Of a DNA stretch of 31,317 nt, positions 18,004 to 27,439 are shown piece by piece. The position numbers and the translations under genes were made by a program. Source of the DNA: Lachnospiraceae bacterium MD308 (lineage in GTDB: Bacteria > Bacillota > Clostridia > Lachnospirales > Lachnospiraceae); NCBI GenBank assembly GCA_010206225.2, contig VIQU02000005.1:99027-130343 (forward strand), read 5' to 3'. The notes below the pieces were generated by a model. It saw nothing but the letters and a program-made list of their open reading frames with translations, had not been told where the DNA came from and did no database searches. Numbering within the stretch: the first letter of the stretch is position 1; each line of letters opens with the position of its first letter.

Positions 18004-18035
18004 AAATTATATCTTCCTTTCCTAATTATTCCTGC

Positions 18036-19976
18036 TTAACAGATCTCCGCCCCTGCCGGCATCTCCTTCTCCGGCGTCACAAGCGCCAGATTCCCGTCAG
18101 CGTCTTCCGCGCACAGAAGCATACCTTCCGACAGCACTCCGGCCAATTTCGCAGGCTTTAAGTTCACAAGCACCATTACCTTCTTACCCACCATCTCTTC
18201 CGGCGTATAGTGCGCCTTGATCCCTGACACGATCTGCTTTACTTGGCTGCCGATCTTCACCTGAGAGCAAAGCAGTTTCCTCGACTTCTTCACTTCCTCG
18301 CAGGCAATGATCTCGCCCACCTGAAACTGCATCTTCCCAAATTCCTCAAAGGTAATCTCCGGCTTTGCCTCGATATCAATCACCGCATCCTCTCCCGATG
18401 CCCCATCGCTTCCCGCCGCATCTTCGGATTCTTCCACCGGCGGATGCAGTTCTTCCACTTTCTTAAGCACTTCCTCCATATCCAGCCTTGCAAATAATAT
18501 CTCCGGTTTTTCCGTTACTTTTCCGTCGCCAAGCTGCGCCAGAATCTTCTCCGAAGTCTCCGGCATAAACGGCGCTAACTGCCTTGCACCGGACTTGATA
18601 CTCTCAAGGAGATTGTAAAGCACGGTCTCAAGACGGTCTTTTTTCTCTTCCTCTTTCGCAAGCGCCCATGGCATCGTCTCGTCAATATATTTGTTGCATC
18701 GTTTAAACAGGTTGAAGATCTCTGTAATCGCATCTGCCACACGCAGTTCATCCATTTTCTTTTCTACAATCGGAGGTGTGCGCTCCACAACTGCCTTAAG
18801 GTCAGCGTCAACCGCTACGTCCTCATCATTTAAGGCCGCGCCCTTATCCATCACTGTGCCGCCGAAATATTTATTCGTCATGGAAATGGTTCTGTTCACA
18901 AGATTCCCCAGCGTATTGGCAAGCTCAGAATTGATCCGCTCCACCAAAAGCTCCCATGAGATCACTCCATCGTTGTCAAACGGCATCTCATGGAGCAGGA
19001 AAAAACGCACCGCATCCACGCCAAAGAAATCCACAAGTTCATCTGCGTAAAGCACATTTCCCTTAGACTTACTCATCTTCCCTTCGCCCTGAAGAAGCCA
19101 TGGATGTCCGAAGATCTGCTTCGGCAGCGGCAGATCAAGCGCCATCAAAAAAATCGGCCAGTAAATCGTATGGAAACGAATAATATCCTTTCCAATCAGA
19201 TGAAGTTGTGCCGGCCAGTTCTTCTTAAACTGCTCCGTACTCTCACCCTCTGCATCATAACCGATACCAGTAATATAGTTGGTCAGCGCATCCAGCCATA
19301 CATATACTACATGCCTGTCATCAAAATCAACCGGGATTCCCCACTTGAAAGAAGTTCTGGACACGCACAGGTCCTGCAGGCCCGGAAGAAGGAAATTGTT
19401 CATCATCTCATTTTTCCGGGACACCGGCTGGATAAACTCCGGATGGGTGTTGATATGCTCGATAAGGCGGTCCGCATATTTGCTCATCTTAAAGAAGTAA
19501 GCCTCCTCCTTGGCAGGCTTCACCTCACGTCCGCAATCCGGACACTTTCCATCCACAAGCTGGGATTCTGTCCAGAAAGATTCGCAGGGCGTACAGTAAA
19601 GTCCCTCGTAGGAGCCTTTGTAGATATCTCCCTGATCATATAATTTCTTAAAGATCTTTTGTACCTGTTTCTCATGGTCCTCATCCGTAGTACGGATGAA
19701 TTTATCGTGGGAGGAATTCATCATATTCCAGATATCCTTCACCTGCCCCGCCACGTTATCCACATACTCCTTCGGCGTGACGCCGGCCTCCTGAGCTTTA
19801 AGCTCAATTTTCTGTCCGTGTTCATCTGTTCCAGTCTGGAAAAACACATCATATCCTTGACTTCTTTTGTATCTGGCGATGGAATCCGCCAGAACAATCT
19901 CATACGTATTGCCGATATGCGGCTTGCCCGATGTATAGGCAATCGCAGTTGTCATATAAAACTTTTTCTTCTCCAT
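18036..19976 (-). CDS. metG: Methionine--tRNA ligase with C-terminal tRNA-binding domain
   Basis: 646 aa with HIGN (KPHIGNTYE), KMSKS, a zinc knuckle CPDCG and a C-terminal EMAP/Trbp111-like domain. Confidence 0.95.
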   Translation of the reverse strand: MEKKKFYMTTAIAYTSGKPHIGNTYEIVLADSIARYKRSQGYDVFFQTGTDEHGQKIELKAQEAGVTPKEYVDNVAGQVKDIWNMMNSSHDKFIRTTDEDHEKQVQKIFKKLYDQGDIYKGSYEGLYCTPCESFWTESQLVDGKCPDCGREVKPAKEEAYFFKMSKYADRLIEHINTHPEFIQPVSRKNEMMNNFLLPGLQDLCVSRTSFKWGIPVDFDDRHVVYVWLDALTNYITGIGYDAEGESTEQFKKNWPAQLHLIGKDIIRFHTIYWPIFLMALDLPLPKQIFGHPWLLQGEGKMSKSKGNVLYADELVDFFGVDAVRFFLLHEMPFDNDGVISWELLVERINSELANTLGNLVNRTISMTNKYFGGTVMDKGAALNDEDVAVDADLKAVVERTPPIVEKKMDELRVADAITEIFNLFKRCNKYIDETMPWALAKEEEKKDRLETVLYNLLESIKSGARQLAPFMPETSEKILAQLGDGKVTEKPEILFARLDMEEVLKKVEELHPPVEESEDAAGSDGASGEDAVIDIEAKPEITFEEFGKMQFQVGEIIACEEVKKSRKLLCSQVKIGSQVKQIVSGIKAHYTPEEMVGKKVMVLVNLKPAKLAGVLSEGMLLCAEDADGNLALVTPEKEMPAGAEIC

Positions 19977-20045
19977 GTTCCTTACCTCTCTTTTCTTTTT
20001 AAATATACACTTTTATGATACAGGAGACGAAATTACCTGTATCAC

Positions 20046-20420
20046 AAAAAAACTCCCCCGACTTTCTTACGAAAATCAGGGAAGACGAGCATACCCGTGT
20101 TACCACTTCCATTTATCCGCTGCCTCACGGCAGGAATCTCACCAGGTGCCTCTTTCTGACACCCTACCGCTGTAAAGGGCGGTCCCATTACGGCTTACAT
20201 CTGAAGTATCAATCGCCCATAATCCTTATGATCCCTCCGTCTGCTCACCGCACCGCTCAGAAGCCATCTTCCGCATATCTCCCTCTCATCCCTCTCAGCA
20301 GCCTCCCGGACACGGCAGCCTGACTCCATCATTACATAATGAATACTGACCTTCGCCGCCTTCAAGGATTCGGGACTTCTCTGTAAAGTCTTCAAAATGC
20401 GTACTCTCTTCCTCACTGCG
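20046..20420 (-). promoter_or_regulatory. T-box leader (tRNA-sensing riboswitch) controlling metG
   Basis: On the minus-strand RNA: GGAAGAGAGUA stem-I motif near 20410; T-box sequence AAUGGAAGUGGUAACACGGG (20114-20094); terminator CUUCCCUGAUUUUC-GUAA-GAAAGUCGGGGGAG plus U7 (20084-20046). GGAAG can pair alternatively with CUUCC to form the antiterminator. AUG triplets around 20330-20340 are specifier candidates. Confidence 0.7.
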
Positions 20421-20558
20421 TTTCCTTTATAATAGATATTGAGAATGGTAGCATATGAACCCTCAGGATGTCAAGGGAAACGCAAAAATTAAATCATCTA
20501 AAATCATTAACATCTTTGCTGCCGCATATAAATATTAAAAACCTTTTGAGGCTTAGGT

Positions 20559-22358
20559 ATGTCTATCTCTACTTCTAATAAGCGGTCTGCGATCATCGCC
20601 GCCATATTTGCCGCGACGCTATTCACTACAATTCTCGGAATGCATCATTTTTACAAAAATGAAAACCAGCAGTTCGAGGAATATACCCACAACCTTTTCT
20701 GCCAGGAGGTTTCCGGCAATACGATTTCTCTCCATTACACTTTGAAAAACCCTGCTGCCTACGGCATTACCGATACTCCTGTATCCATCGGTTCCTGCAC
20801 CTCTGATACAGGCTCAGTCTGTGCCGCTATCGAAAACGCACTTGCGCTTTTGAAATCCTATGACCGAAGACGTTTATCGTCTGAAAACAAACTGACTTAC
20901 GATGTCCTTGAAGATTATTACACAACGGCCTTCGAGCTTGCCCCCTACTCCTTATATGAAGAACCCCTCTCACCACTTACCGGCACCCAGTCACAGCTCC
21001 CGGTCATTTTGTCAGAATATCAGTTTTATGATACCTCTGATATTAATACATATCTGAAACTGCTGAAGAAAGTTCCTGATTATTTTGACTCTATACTTGA
21101 ATTTGAACAGGCAAGATCTGAAAAGGGCCTGTTCATGTCTGAAAACGCACTGGATGATCTTATGGAAGAATGCCGTGCCTTTGTAAAACTTCGCAAGGAC
21201 AATTACCTGTACACTTCGTTTGAAGAACGGCTCAACGAACTGGAAAAAGGCTTGTCCGAAAAAGAGAAAAAGTCGTTTAATCGTGGAAAATATGTCAAGA
21301 CCAATGATAAGTACATCCAAAAATACATCTTCCCGGCCTATAAACAGTTAATCAATGGACTTGACGCGCTCCGCGACGACTGTGCGGCTGACAAGACCTC
21401 CGGCGGTTTATGCGAGTTTCCGGGAGGCCGGCAGTATTACGAGCTGCTGGCTGGCAGCGAAACAGGCTCTGAGCGCAGCATTCCGAAGCTTCAGGAACTG
21501 GCAAGGCGGCAGATCATGGAAGATTTAGGTGCTATGCAGACCGCTCTGGCGCAGCTCGGCGCTTCCAACCTTTCCGCCGAGGATGCGGACTCACACACCT
21601 CTGACCTTTTTTCCTCTCAGGGTGCAATACTTGAAGATTCTAATCCAGTGTCTATTTTAAATACGCTGGAGGATAAGATGAAGGACGATTTTCCAAAACT
21701 CCCTGCTGTTGATGTGCAGGTAAAATATGTCCAAAAATCTCTGGAGGAATATTTGAGTCCGGCATTCTACATGATTCCTGCCCTTGATAACGCACAGTCC
21801 AATGTTATCTATATTAATGCAGGACATATTCCAGATGATCTGTCCCTGTTCACGACTCTTGCACATGAAGGGTATCCCGGACATCTCTATCAAAATGTAT
21901 ATTACATGAACCAAAATCCGGATCCCGTCCGCTGTCTGCTTGGATACGGCGGATATACAGAAGGATGGGCAACTTATTGTGAGATGCTAAGCTATTATTA
22001 TGCCCCCATCCCAAAGGCCGAGGCAACTATCATGCAGAAAAATGGTTCTATCATGCTGGGGCTTTATGCTCTGGCTGATATGGGAATCCATTATGACGGA
22101 TGGTCACTATCAGACACTGTATCCTTTTTTCGGGATTATGGTATTACAGACTCGCAGGCCATCAGTGAAGTCTATGACCTGATCGTTTCTGATCCGGCTA
22201 ATTATCTCAAATACTATATCGGTTATCTGGAATTTCTTGAGCTGAAAAAATATGCAATCGAAGAATGGGGCAATCGGTTCACCCAGCAGCGTTTTCACAG
22301 AATCGTTCTTGAGACCGGTCCTGCCCCCTTTAAGATACTGCGGCAACAGCTTGATTAA
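20559..22358 (+). CDS. DUF885-family protein (metallopeptidase-like HExxGH), N-terminal membrane anchor
   Basis: 599 aa with a TM helix at residues 10-28 and HEGYPGHLYQ near the C-terminal third, as in DUF885. Confidence 0.7.
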   Translation: MSISTSNKRSAIIAAIFAATLFTTILGMHHFYKNENQQFEEYTHNLFCQEVSGNTISLHYTLKNPAAYGITDTPVSIGSCTSDTGSVCAAIENALALLKSYDRRRLSSENKLTYDVLEDYYTTAFELAPYSLYEEPLSPLTGTQSQLPVILSEYQFYDTSDINTYLKLLKKVPDYFDSILEFEQARSEKGLFMSENALDDLMEECRAFVKLRKDNYLYTSFEERLNELEKGLSEKEKKSFNRGKYVKTNDKYIQKYIFPAYKQLINGLDALRDDCAADKTSGGLCEFPGGRQYYELLAGSETGSERSIPKLQELARRQIMEDLGAMQTALAQLGASNLSAEDADSHTSDLFSSQGAILEDSNPVSILNTLEDKMKDDFPKLPAVDVQVKYVQKSLEEYLSPAFYMIPALDNAQSNVIYINAGHIPDDLSLFTTLAHEGYPGHLYQNVYYMNQNPDPVRCLLGYGGYTEGWATYCEMLSYYYAPIPKAEATIMQKNGSIMLGLYALADMGIHYDGWSLSDTVSFFRDYGITDSQAISEVYDLIVSDPANYLKYYIGYLEFLELKKYAIEEWGNRFTQQRFHRIVLETGPAPFKILRQQLD

Positions 22359-22401
22359 AAGAAATTTTTCCCTAAATCTATGCAACTGAAGATAATTTTG
22401 A

Positions 22402-22435
22402 AAAAGGCTATGGAATTTTGTTTCCACAGCCTTTT
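22402..22435. terminator. Bidirectional hairpin between convergent DUF885 and spmB genes
   Basis: aaaaggctatgg-aattttgttt-ccacagcctttt forms a 12-bp stem with one mismatch. Confidence 0.5.
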
Positions 22436-22442
22436 CATGGAT

Positions 22443-22967
22443 TTACATTGCCCCCGCAAGTATTGCGCTTGCAACCAGTCCTGCAAATGTGGCAAGCAGC
22501 GCTCCCGTCAGCGTATATCTCGTCTTCGTTACCTTGGCCGTCATAAAATAAACGCTCATCGTATAAAATATTGTCTCTGTACACGACATACTGATCGATG
22601 CTACCAGACCGATATAAGAATCCGTCCCATACTCCTTATAGGCGTCAAGGAGCAGCCCTGTTGCCGCGGAAGACGAGAACATTTTTACTACAGTAAGAGG
22701 GACCAGTTCTCCCGGGAATCCAACATACTCTGTAAATCCGCTTATAAGCTCCGATAAAAAATCCAGAAACCCGGAAGCTCTCAAAATCCCCACTGCCACC
22801 ATAAGCCCGATCAGTGTAGGCATGATTTTGATCACAGTAAAAAATCCGCTTTTTGCTCCCTTTATAAATGTATCATATACATCTACCTTCATTAGTACTC
22901 CGTACCCCACGATCAGAAAAATTACAAGTGGCACGATAAGGTCTGCAATGTACAGCAGCATTTTCAC
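22443..22967 (-). CDS. spmB: Spore maturation protein B (nucleoside-recognition/Gate domain)
   Basis: 174 aa membrane protein with SpmB-like sequence (VKMFSSSAATGLLLD, CTETIFYTMSVYF). Confidence 0.75.
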   Translation of the reverse strand: MKMLLYIADLIVPLVIFLIVGYGVLMKVDVYDTFIKGAKSGFFTVIKIMPTLIGLMVAVGILRASGFLDFLSELISGFTEYVGFPGELVPLTVVKMFSSSAATGLLLDAYKEYGTDSYIGLVASISMSCTETIFYTMSVYFMTAKVTKTRYTLTGALLATFAGLVASAILAGAM

Positions 22968-23142
22968 GAAACCGCCTCATTTCCTCATGAAATCTATTTT
23001 CCATTATACGTTTGTGCATTGAAAATAATTCATGAAACACCTATACTGTATATTATGATGAAAGCGTCAGGAAACTTTCCGGCTACACAAGCGGAATACT
23101 TTTGACATCAGACTAAATTTCAAATGAGAAGGTGATAAATTT

Positions 23143-24552
23143 ATGAGGCATTCTGCAAAACAGGGAAAAGATTTTAGTCAGGGAAGTGTCTGTGTCAATA
23201 TTCTCCGGCTTGCAATTCCCATGACTTTAGCGCAGCTCATCAATGTGCTGTACAATGTCGTAGACCGTATTTACATTGGCCATATTCCTCATACATCTAC
23301 TGATGCGCTGACTGGCATCGGTCTGGCTTTGCCTGTCATTACTATCATCACTGCATTTGCCAACCTGTTCGGCATGGGCGGCGCGCCTCTCTTTTCAATT
23401 GCAAGAGGTGCAAATGAGCCTGAGAAAGCCGGACAGATCATGGGAAATTCTTTTTCCATGCTTCTCTTATCCGGAATGATTCTTTCCGTTGGCTGTTATA
23501 TATTTAAAAAACCTCTTTTGTACCTGTTCGGTGCAAGCGACGTGACATATCCTTATGCCAGCGCTTATATATCCCTGTACCTTCTGGGCACTTTGTTTGT
23601 TATGATCAACCTTGGCATGAACAATTTTATCAATGCACAGGGGTTCGGAGTGACCGGAATGCTCACAGTCTCTATCGGTGCCGTACTGAATCTGATTTTC
23701 GATCCTCTGTTTATCTTTGTATTTGACATGGGCATCAGGGGTGCCGCGATCGCAACGATCATCTCTCAGGGAATCTCTGCCCTGTGGGTACTTCGCTTTC
23801 TGACTGGCAAGGACGCACTGATCAGACTGACCGCAAAGACCTCCGCATTGCAGCCGGCACTCATAAAAGAGATTACTGCACTCGGCCTCTCTGGATTTGT
23901 TATGGCCATTACCAATGGGGCGGTACAGATTATATGCAATGCTACTCTGCAGCGCTACGGCGGCGACCTGTATGTAGGAATCATGACAGTTATCAATTCC
24001 GTCCGGGAGATTACAACTATCCCGGTGACGGGACTTTCTAACGGCGCGCAGCCTGTGATCAGCTTTAACTACGGCGCGAAAAAATACGACCGGGTAAAAT
24101 CCGCCATAAAGCTTACTACTGTCTTCGCTATCATATTTACATTTATAACATGGGCATTTATTTTCTTTTTTCCGCACTTTATCATCCGTCTGTTCAGCAG
24201 CGAACCGGATCTGCTGAGAGAAGGAATACCCGCTATGCATCTGTACTTTTTCGGAATCTTTATGATGGCGCTGCAGTTTTCCGGACAGTCCGCTTTCGTT
24301 GCTCTCGGCAAAGCAAAGCATGCCGTCTTTTTCTCCTTGCTTCGCAAAGCAATCATCGTGATTCCGCTCACTCTCTTCCTCCCAACAGTTGCCGGGTCTG
24401 GCACTGTGGGTGTGTTTTTAGCAGAACCGATCTCAAACTTTATCGGGGGAACAGCTTGTTTCACCACTATGGTTATAACCGTATGTAGGCAGCTTGAAAA
24501 CGAGAAAGATAAAAGTGCCGAAAGCCGCCCCAGAATTCCCCTCAAGCACTGA
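23143..24552 (+). CDS. MATE-family efflux transporter
   Basis: 469 aa with about 12 TM helices. N-terminal ILRLAIPMTLAQLINVLYNVVDRIYIGH is typical of MatE. Confidence 0.85.
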   Translation: MRHSAKQGKDFSQGSVCVNILRLAIPMTLAQLINVLYNVVDRIYIGHIPHTSTDALTGIGLALPVITIITAFANLFGMGGAPLFSIARGANEPEKAGQIMGNSFSMLLLSGMILSVGCYIFKKPLLYLFGASDVTYPYASAYISLYLLGTLFVMINLGMNNFINAQGFGVTGMLTVSIGAVLNLIFDPLFIFVFDMGIRGAAIATIISQGISALWVLRFLTGKDALIRLTAKTSALQPALIKEITALGLSGFVMAITNGAVQIICNATLQRYGGDLYVGIMTVINSVREITTIPVTGLSNGAQPVISFNYGAKKYDRVKSAIKLTTVFAIIFTFITWAFIFFFPHFIIRLFSSEPDLLREGIPAMHLYFFGIFMMALQFSGQSAFVALGKAKHAVFFSLLRKAIIVIPLTLFLPTVAGSGTVGVFLAEPISNFIGGTACFTTMVITVCRQLENEKDKSAESRPRIPLKH

Positions 24553-24611
24553 ATATACTCCCGGTCATCCGCATATCTTAATTTGAGAAGGCAACAAGGA
24601 GTGAACGATTT

Positions 24612-25229
24612 ATGCTGAATTATCTATGGGCTGGAATGATCGTGATCGGAATCATATTCGCCTCATTTACGGGGAAGATGCCTGATATCACAAATGCCGC
24701 ACTGGATTCTTCTAAGGAAGCTGTAGCTTTATGCATTACCATGATGGGAGTTATGGCATTCTGGGTAGGACTTATGGAAATCGCATCAAAAGCCGGAATC
24801 ATCGAAAGTGCTTCCAGAAAGATCCGTCCTCTTATCCGGTTTCTTTTTCCGAACCTCCCTGCAGGCCATTCCGCCGAAGAGCACATTACAACAAATATCA
24901 TAGCCAATGTACTGGGACTTGGATGGGCGGCGACCCCGGCGGGATTGCGTGCAATGGAAGAACTTGGTAAACTGGAAGAAGACAGAAGGAAAGGACGACT
25001 TCCCGAACCGGTTAGAAAGCGGGGGATCGCCAGTAATGAGATGTGTACGTTTTTAATCATCAATATCTCGTCGCTGCAGCTGATTCCGGTGAATGTGATC
25101 GCTTACCGGAGCCAGTACGGGAGCGTGAACCCGGCGGCAATCGTGGGGCCGGGGATCGCGGCGACGGCGGTGAGCACGATTGTGGCGGTGGTATATTGTA
25201 AGATGATGGACGGGAAGTGGAGGATATAA
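24612..25229 (+). CDS. spmA: Spore maturation protein A (nucleoside-recognition/Gate domain)
   Basis: 205 aa starting MLNYLWAGMIVIGI, with ...NVLGLGWAATPAGLRAMEEL. RBS aaggag. Confidence 0.8.
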   Translation: MLNYLWAGMIVIGIIFASFTGKMPDITNAALDSSKEAVALCITMMGVMAFWVGLMEIASKAGIIESASRKIRPLIRFLFPNLPAGHSAEEHITTNIIANVLGLGWAATPAGLRAMEELGKLEEDRRKGRLPEPVRKRGIASNEMCTFLIINISSLQLIPVNVIAYRSQYGSVNPAAIVGPGIAATAVSTIVAVVYCKMMDGKWRI

Positions 25230-25316
25230 TATCTTCCGCTTTCGTAGTATTCAAGAATAAACGAAAATGAGTTTTGAAAGTATATTGAGAGAAACTGATT
25301 TTTAGGGTATACTAAG
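25219..25316. repeat. Left copy of the direct repeat flanking the defence-like island (last codons of spmA plus downstream DNA)
   Basis: The 88 nt at 25219-25306 match 28450-28537 with 6 mismatches. The next 10 nt, gtatactaag, match 28600-28609. Confidence 0.85.
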
Positions 25317-25388
25317 TAATTAAGATGTAAAGCTAACAGATATCCGGTTTGTATAATATAAGTTAAAAAATCTGAGGAGGAAACGATA

Positions 25389-26522
25389 TTGAGCATGATG
25401 AGCGATTTGAAAGGAATTAGCATTCAACAATATAAGACGGATATTGGATTTCGTACTCTGGTAGAAGGTGTAAACGAAAATTTGTATATTATACCCAAAT
25501 ATCAGAGAAAATATCGTTGGAGTAAGGAACAGGTTATATCGTTAGTTGAATCATTGATTCGTGGTTTACCGATTCCGCCAATTTATACTTGCAGAAACAA
25601 GGAAAATCAATTGGAAATCCTGGATGGACAACAGCGCGTTTTGAGTTTATTTTTTTATTATATAGGTTATTATTTAGATAAAAGAAAAAATAATTCTGTA
25701 GATTTTTCAGAGATTCAAGTGGATAACGGTTCTTTTAAGGAAGCCTTGACAAGCCAACTGGCATTAGAAGAACTTCATATTCAATTAAAAAATGAAGATG
25801 AGAAAAATTTTAATGTAGATTATGCCGCGCTTCCCATGGAAATGAAAAGACGCATAGACTACACGTCAATGACTGTTATAGAGATAAAAATTGATGACGA
25901 AAAGCAGCGTACAAAAATATTAAGAAAAATTTTTGAAAATTTAAATGCAAAAGGATCTCTTTTGACGCAGCAGGAATTGAGGAATGGAATATATGTATGT
26001 GATTTTTATGCCATGCTGCAGGAATATAACAGGCATGATGATAAATGGCGAAAAATATGGGGGAAAGAGGATGCTGCGGAACGCGACATGGAAACTCTTT
26101 TGCGGTTTTGCGCATTGAAAAAGTATGTTAGGATTGAGCAGAAGGACTCAATAAATTTTAATTTTATTATAGAAAACTATCATAGTTCCTATACAAAATT
26201 GTTAGACAAGTTTTCAGAAGAATCCATGAAATTTGATAAAAAACAAATTAAAAAATATAGAAATAGTTTGAGTTGCTTTTTTGATTTGTTTAAAGTAAAT
26301 GTAACGCAGTCATCAAAGGTGGCCTTATTAGAGAGTTTCTATATTGTTTATGAGAAATTGGGTATCCATAAACCAGTTACATCTACAATATATAACAAAA
26401 TACTGCATGATCCAAGATATATATCCCATGCGCGGCAGGGAACAGTTAAAATGAAAAGCATGAATGAAAGGTGGAAAACAGTGTATGAAATTTGGTCTGG
26501 AGATGATAAATCATATCATTGA
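25389..26522 (+). CDS. Stand-alone DUF262 (GmrS/ParB-like NTPase) protein, no DUF1524/His-Me nuclease domain
   Basis: Motifs IPKYQRKYRW (from nt 25494), LDGQQR (from nt 25620) and FENLNAKGSLLTQQELRN. TTG 25389 lies 9 nt after gaggagg; ATG 25395 is an alternative start. TATAAT at 25352-25357. Confidence 0.8.
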   Translation: MSMMSDLKGISIQQYKTDIGFRTLVEGVNENLYIIPKYQRKYRWSKEQVISLVESLIRGLPIPPIYTCRNKENQLEILDGQQRVLSLFFYYIGYYLDKRKNNSVDFSEIQVDNGSFKEALTSQLALEELHIQLKNEDEKNFNVDYAALPMEMKRRIDYTSMTVIEIKIDDEKQRTKILRKIFENLNAKGSLLTQQELRNGIYVCDFYAMLQEYNRHDDKWRKIWGKEDAAERDMETLLRFCALKKYVRIEQKDSINFNFIIENYHSSYTKLLDKFSEESMKFDKKQIKKYRNSLSCFFDLFKVNVTQSSKVALLESFYIVYEKLGIHKPVTSTIYNKILHDPRYISHARQGTVKMKSMNERWKTVYEIWSGDDKSYH

Positions 26523-27432
26523 CAAAATATCTAACGAAGAATTACCTTATACAGACAACATTATCATAGGGGAAAATTCTAGCGGAAAAACATTGTTACT
26601 AAAACTATTTATAGAAAAAATAAAGGATGACAGAGCTGTATATTTTATTGATGCAGTTAACCGTGGATTTGATGTAAAAAAAGTATCTAAAACAAATAAA
26701 AGTCCAAAGTATAAAAAAACGATTTTAGACACAAGACTGCAAGACGAGAATTTTAATTTGGTTGATTCTTTTAATTGTTTTGGGACTTTAACAGAAAGGA
26801 TAGAAATTATTTATCAATTATATGAAAAAGAAGTCCAAGATTTATTTTGTGAATTAACAAACGACAGCTTTAAAATAGATTATGATGCTCCATTAGGGGA
26901 AGTAAATTTTGGAAATGGAAAGGGACTCTTATCAAGCGGTTATCAGGCAATAGTACGCATATTACTTGAATTACTGTATTATCAGGATATGGAAATTGAA
27001 ACGAAGGCATTGCAATATGCGTGGATTGTAATAGATGAATTGGACGAATATTTATCTCCCAGATATTCTGCTGCAATTTTAAAATTTTTGAAGAAAACAT
27101 TTCCGTGGGCAAGATGGATTGTAACAACACACTCTTGTGATTTAGTAGCATCCTCAAACGATTCTAATATAATAATTTTAGATAATGGCAGTTATGAAGT
27201 TGCGGATAGTAATGACTACACATCTATTTCAGAAGTGCAGATTATTTTTGACCGAATATTCGGAAATAATGAAGCCTTTGAATCAGAGATAGAAAATACA
27301 TTAAGAAGATTGCTGAATAATAAGATTAGTGGCGCATGGGGAAAAAAAGATGAAGAATGTCTTGAACAGATAGGAAACGGGAAATTGACTGCTTCACAGC
27401 AAATAATTTTACATCAAATACGAGAATGGTGA
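26485..27432 (+). CDS. ABC-like P-loop ATPase (AAA_15/AAA_21, PtuA/OLD-N-terminal type), short form
   Basis: Walker A GENSSGKT (26569-26592), signature-like LSSGYQ, Walker B IVIDELDEYL (~27025-27054) and H-loop VTTHS. Start ATG 26485 follows aaggtgg; ATG 26464 is an alternative. It overlaps the end of the DUF262 gene. Confidence 0.8.
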   Translation: MKFGLEMINHIIDKISNEELPYTDNIIIGENSSGKTLLLKLFIEKIKDDRAVYFIDAVNRGFDVKKVSKTNKSPKYKKTILDTRLQDENFNLVDSFNCFGTLTERIEIIYQLYEKEVQDLFCELTNDSFKIDYDAPLGEVNFGNGKGLLSSGYQAIVRILLELLYYQDMEIETKALQYAWIVIDELDEYLSPRYSAAILKFLKKTFPWARWIVTTHSCDLVASSNDSNIIILDNGSYEVADSNDYTSISEVQIIFDRIFGNNEAFESEIENTLRRLLNNKISGAWGKKDEECLEQIGNGKLTASQQIILHQIREW

Positions 27433-27439
27433 TTGCTAA

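Noticed and set aside
18990-19643. 217-aa plus-strand ORF, with neighbours at 18243-18497, 18691-19050 and 19659-20018
   Set aside because: All are antisense to metG and are shadow ORFs.
20195-20416. 73-aa minus-strand ORF upstream of metG, and plus-strand ORFs 19975-20323
   Set aside because: They fall inside the T-box leader. There is no RBS, and the region is explained by RNA structure.
23467-24321. 284-aa ORF on the minus strand (also 24069-24545 and 24620-25063)
   Set aside because: These are antisense to the MATE and spmA membrane-protein genes. They are shadow ORFs with no motifs and no RBS.
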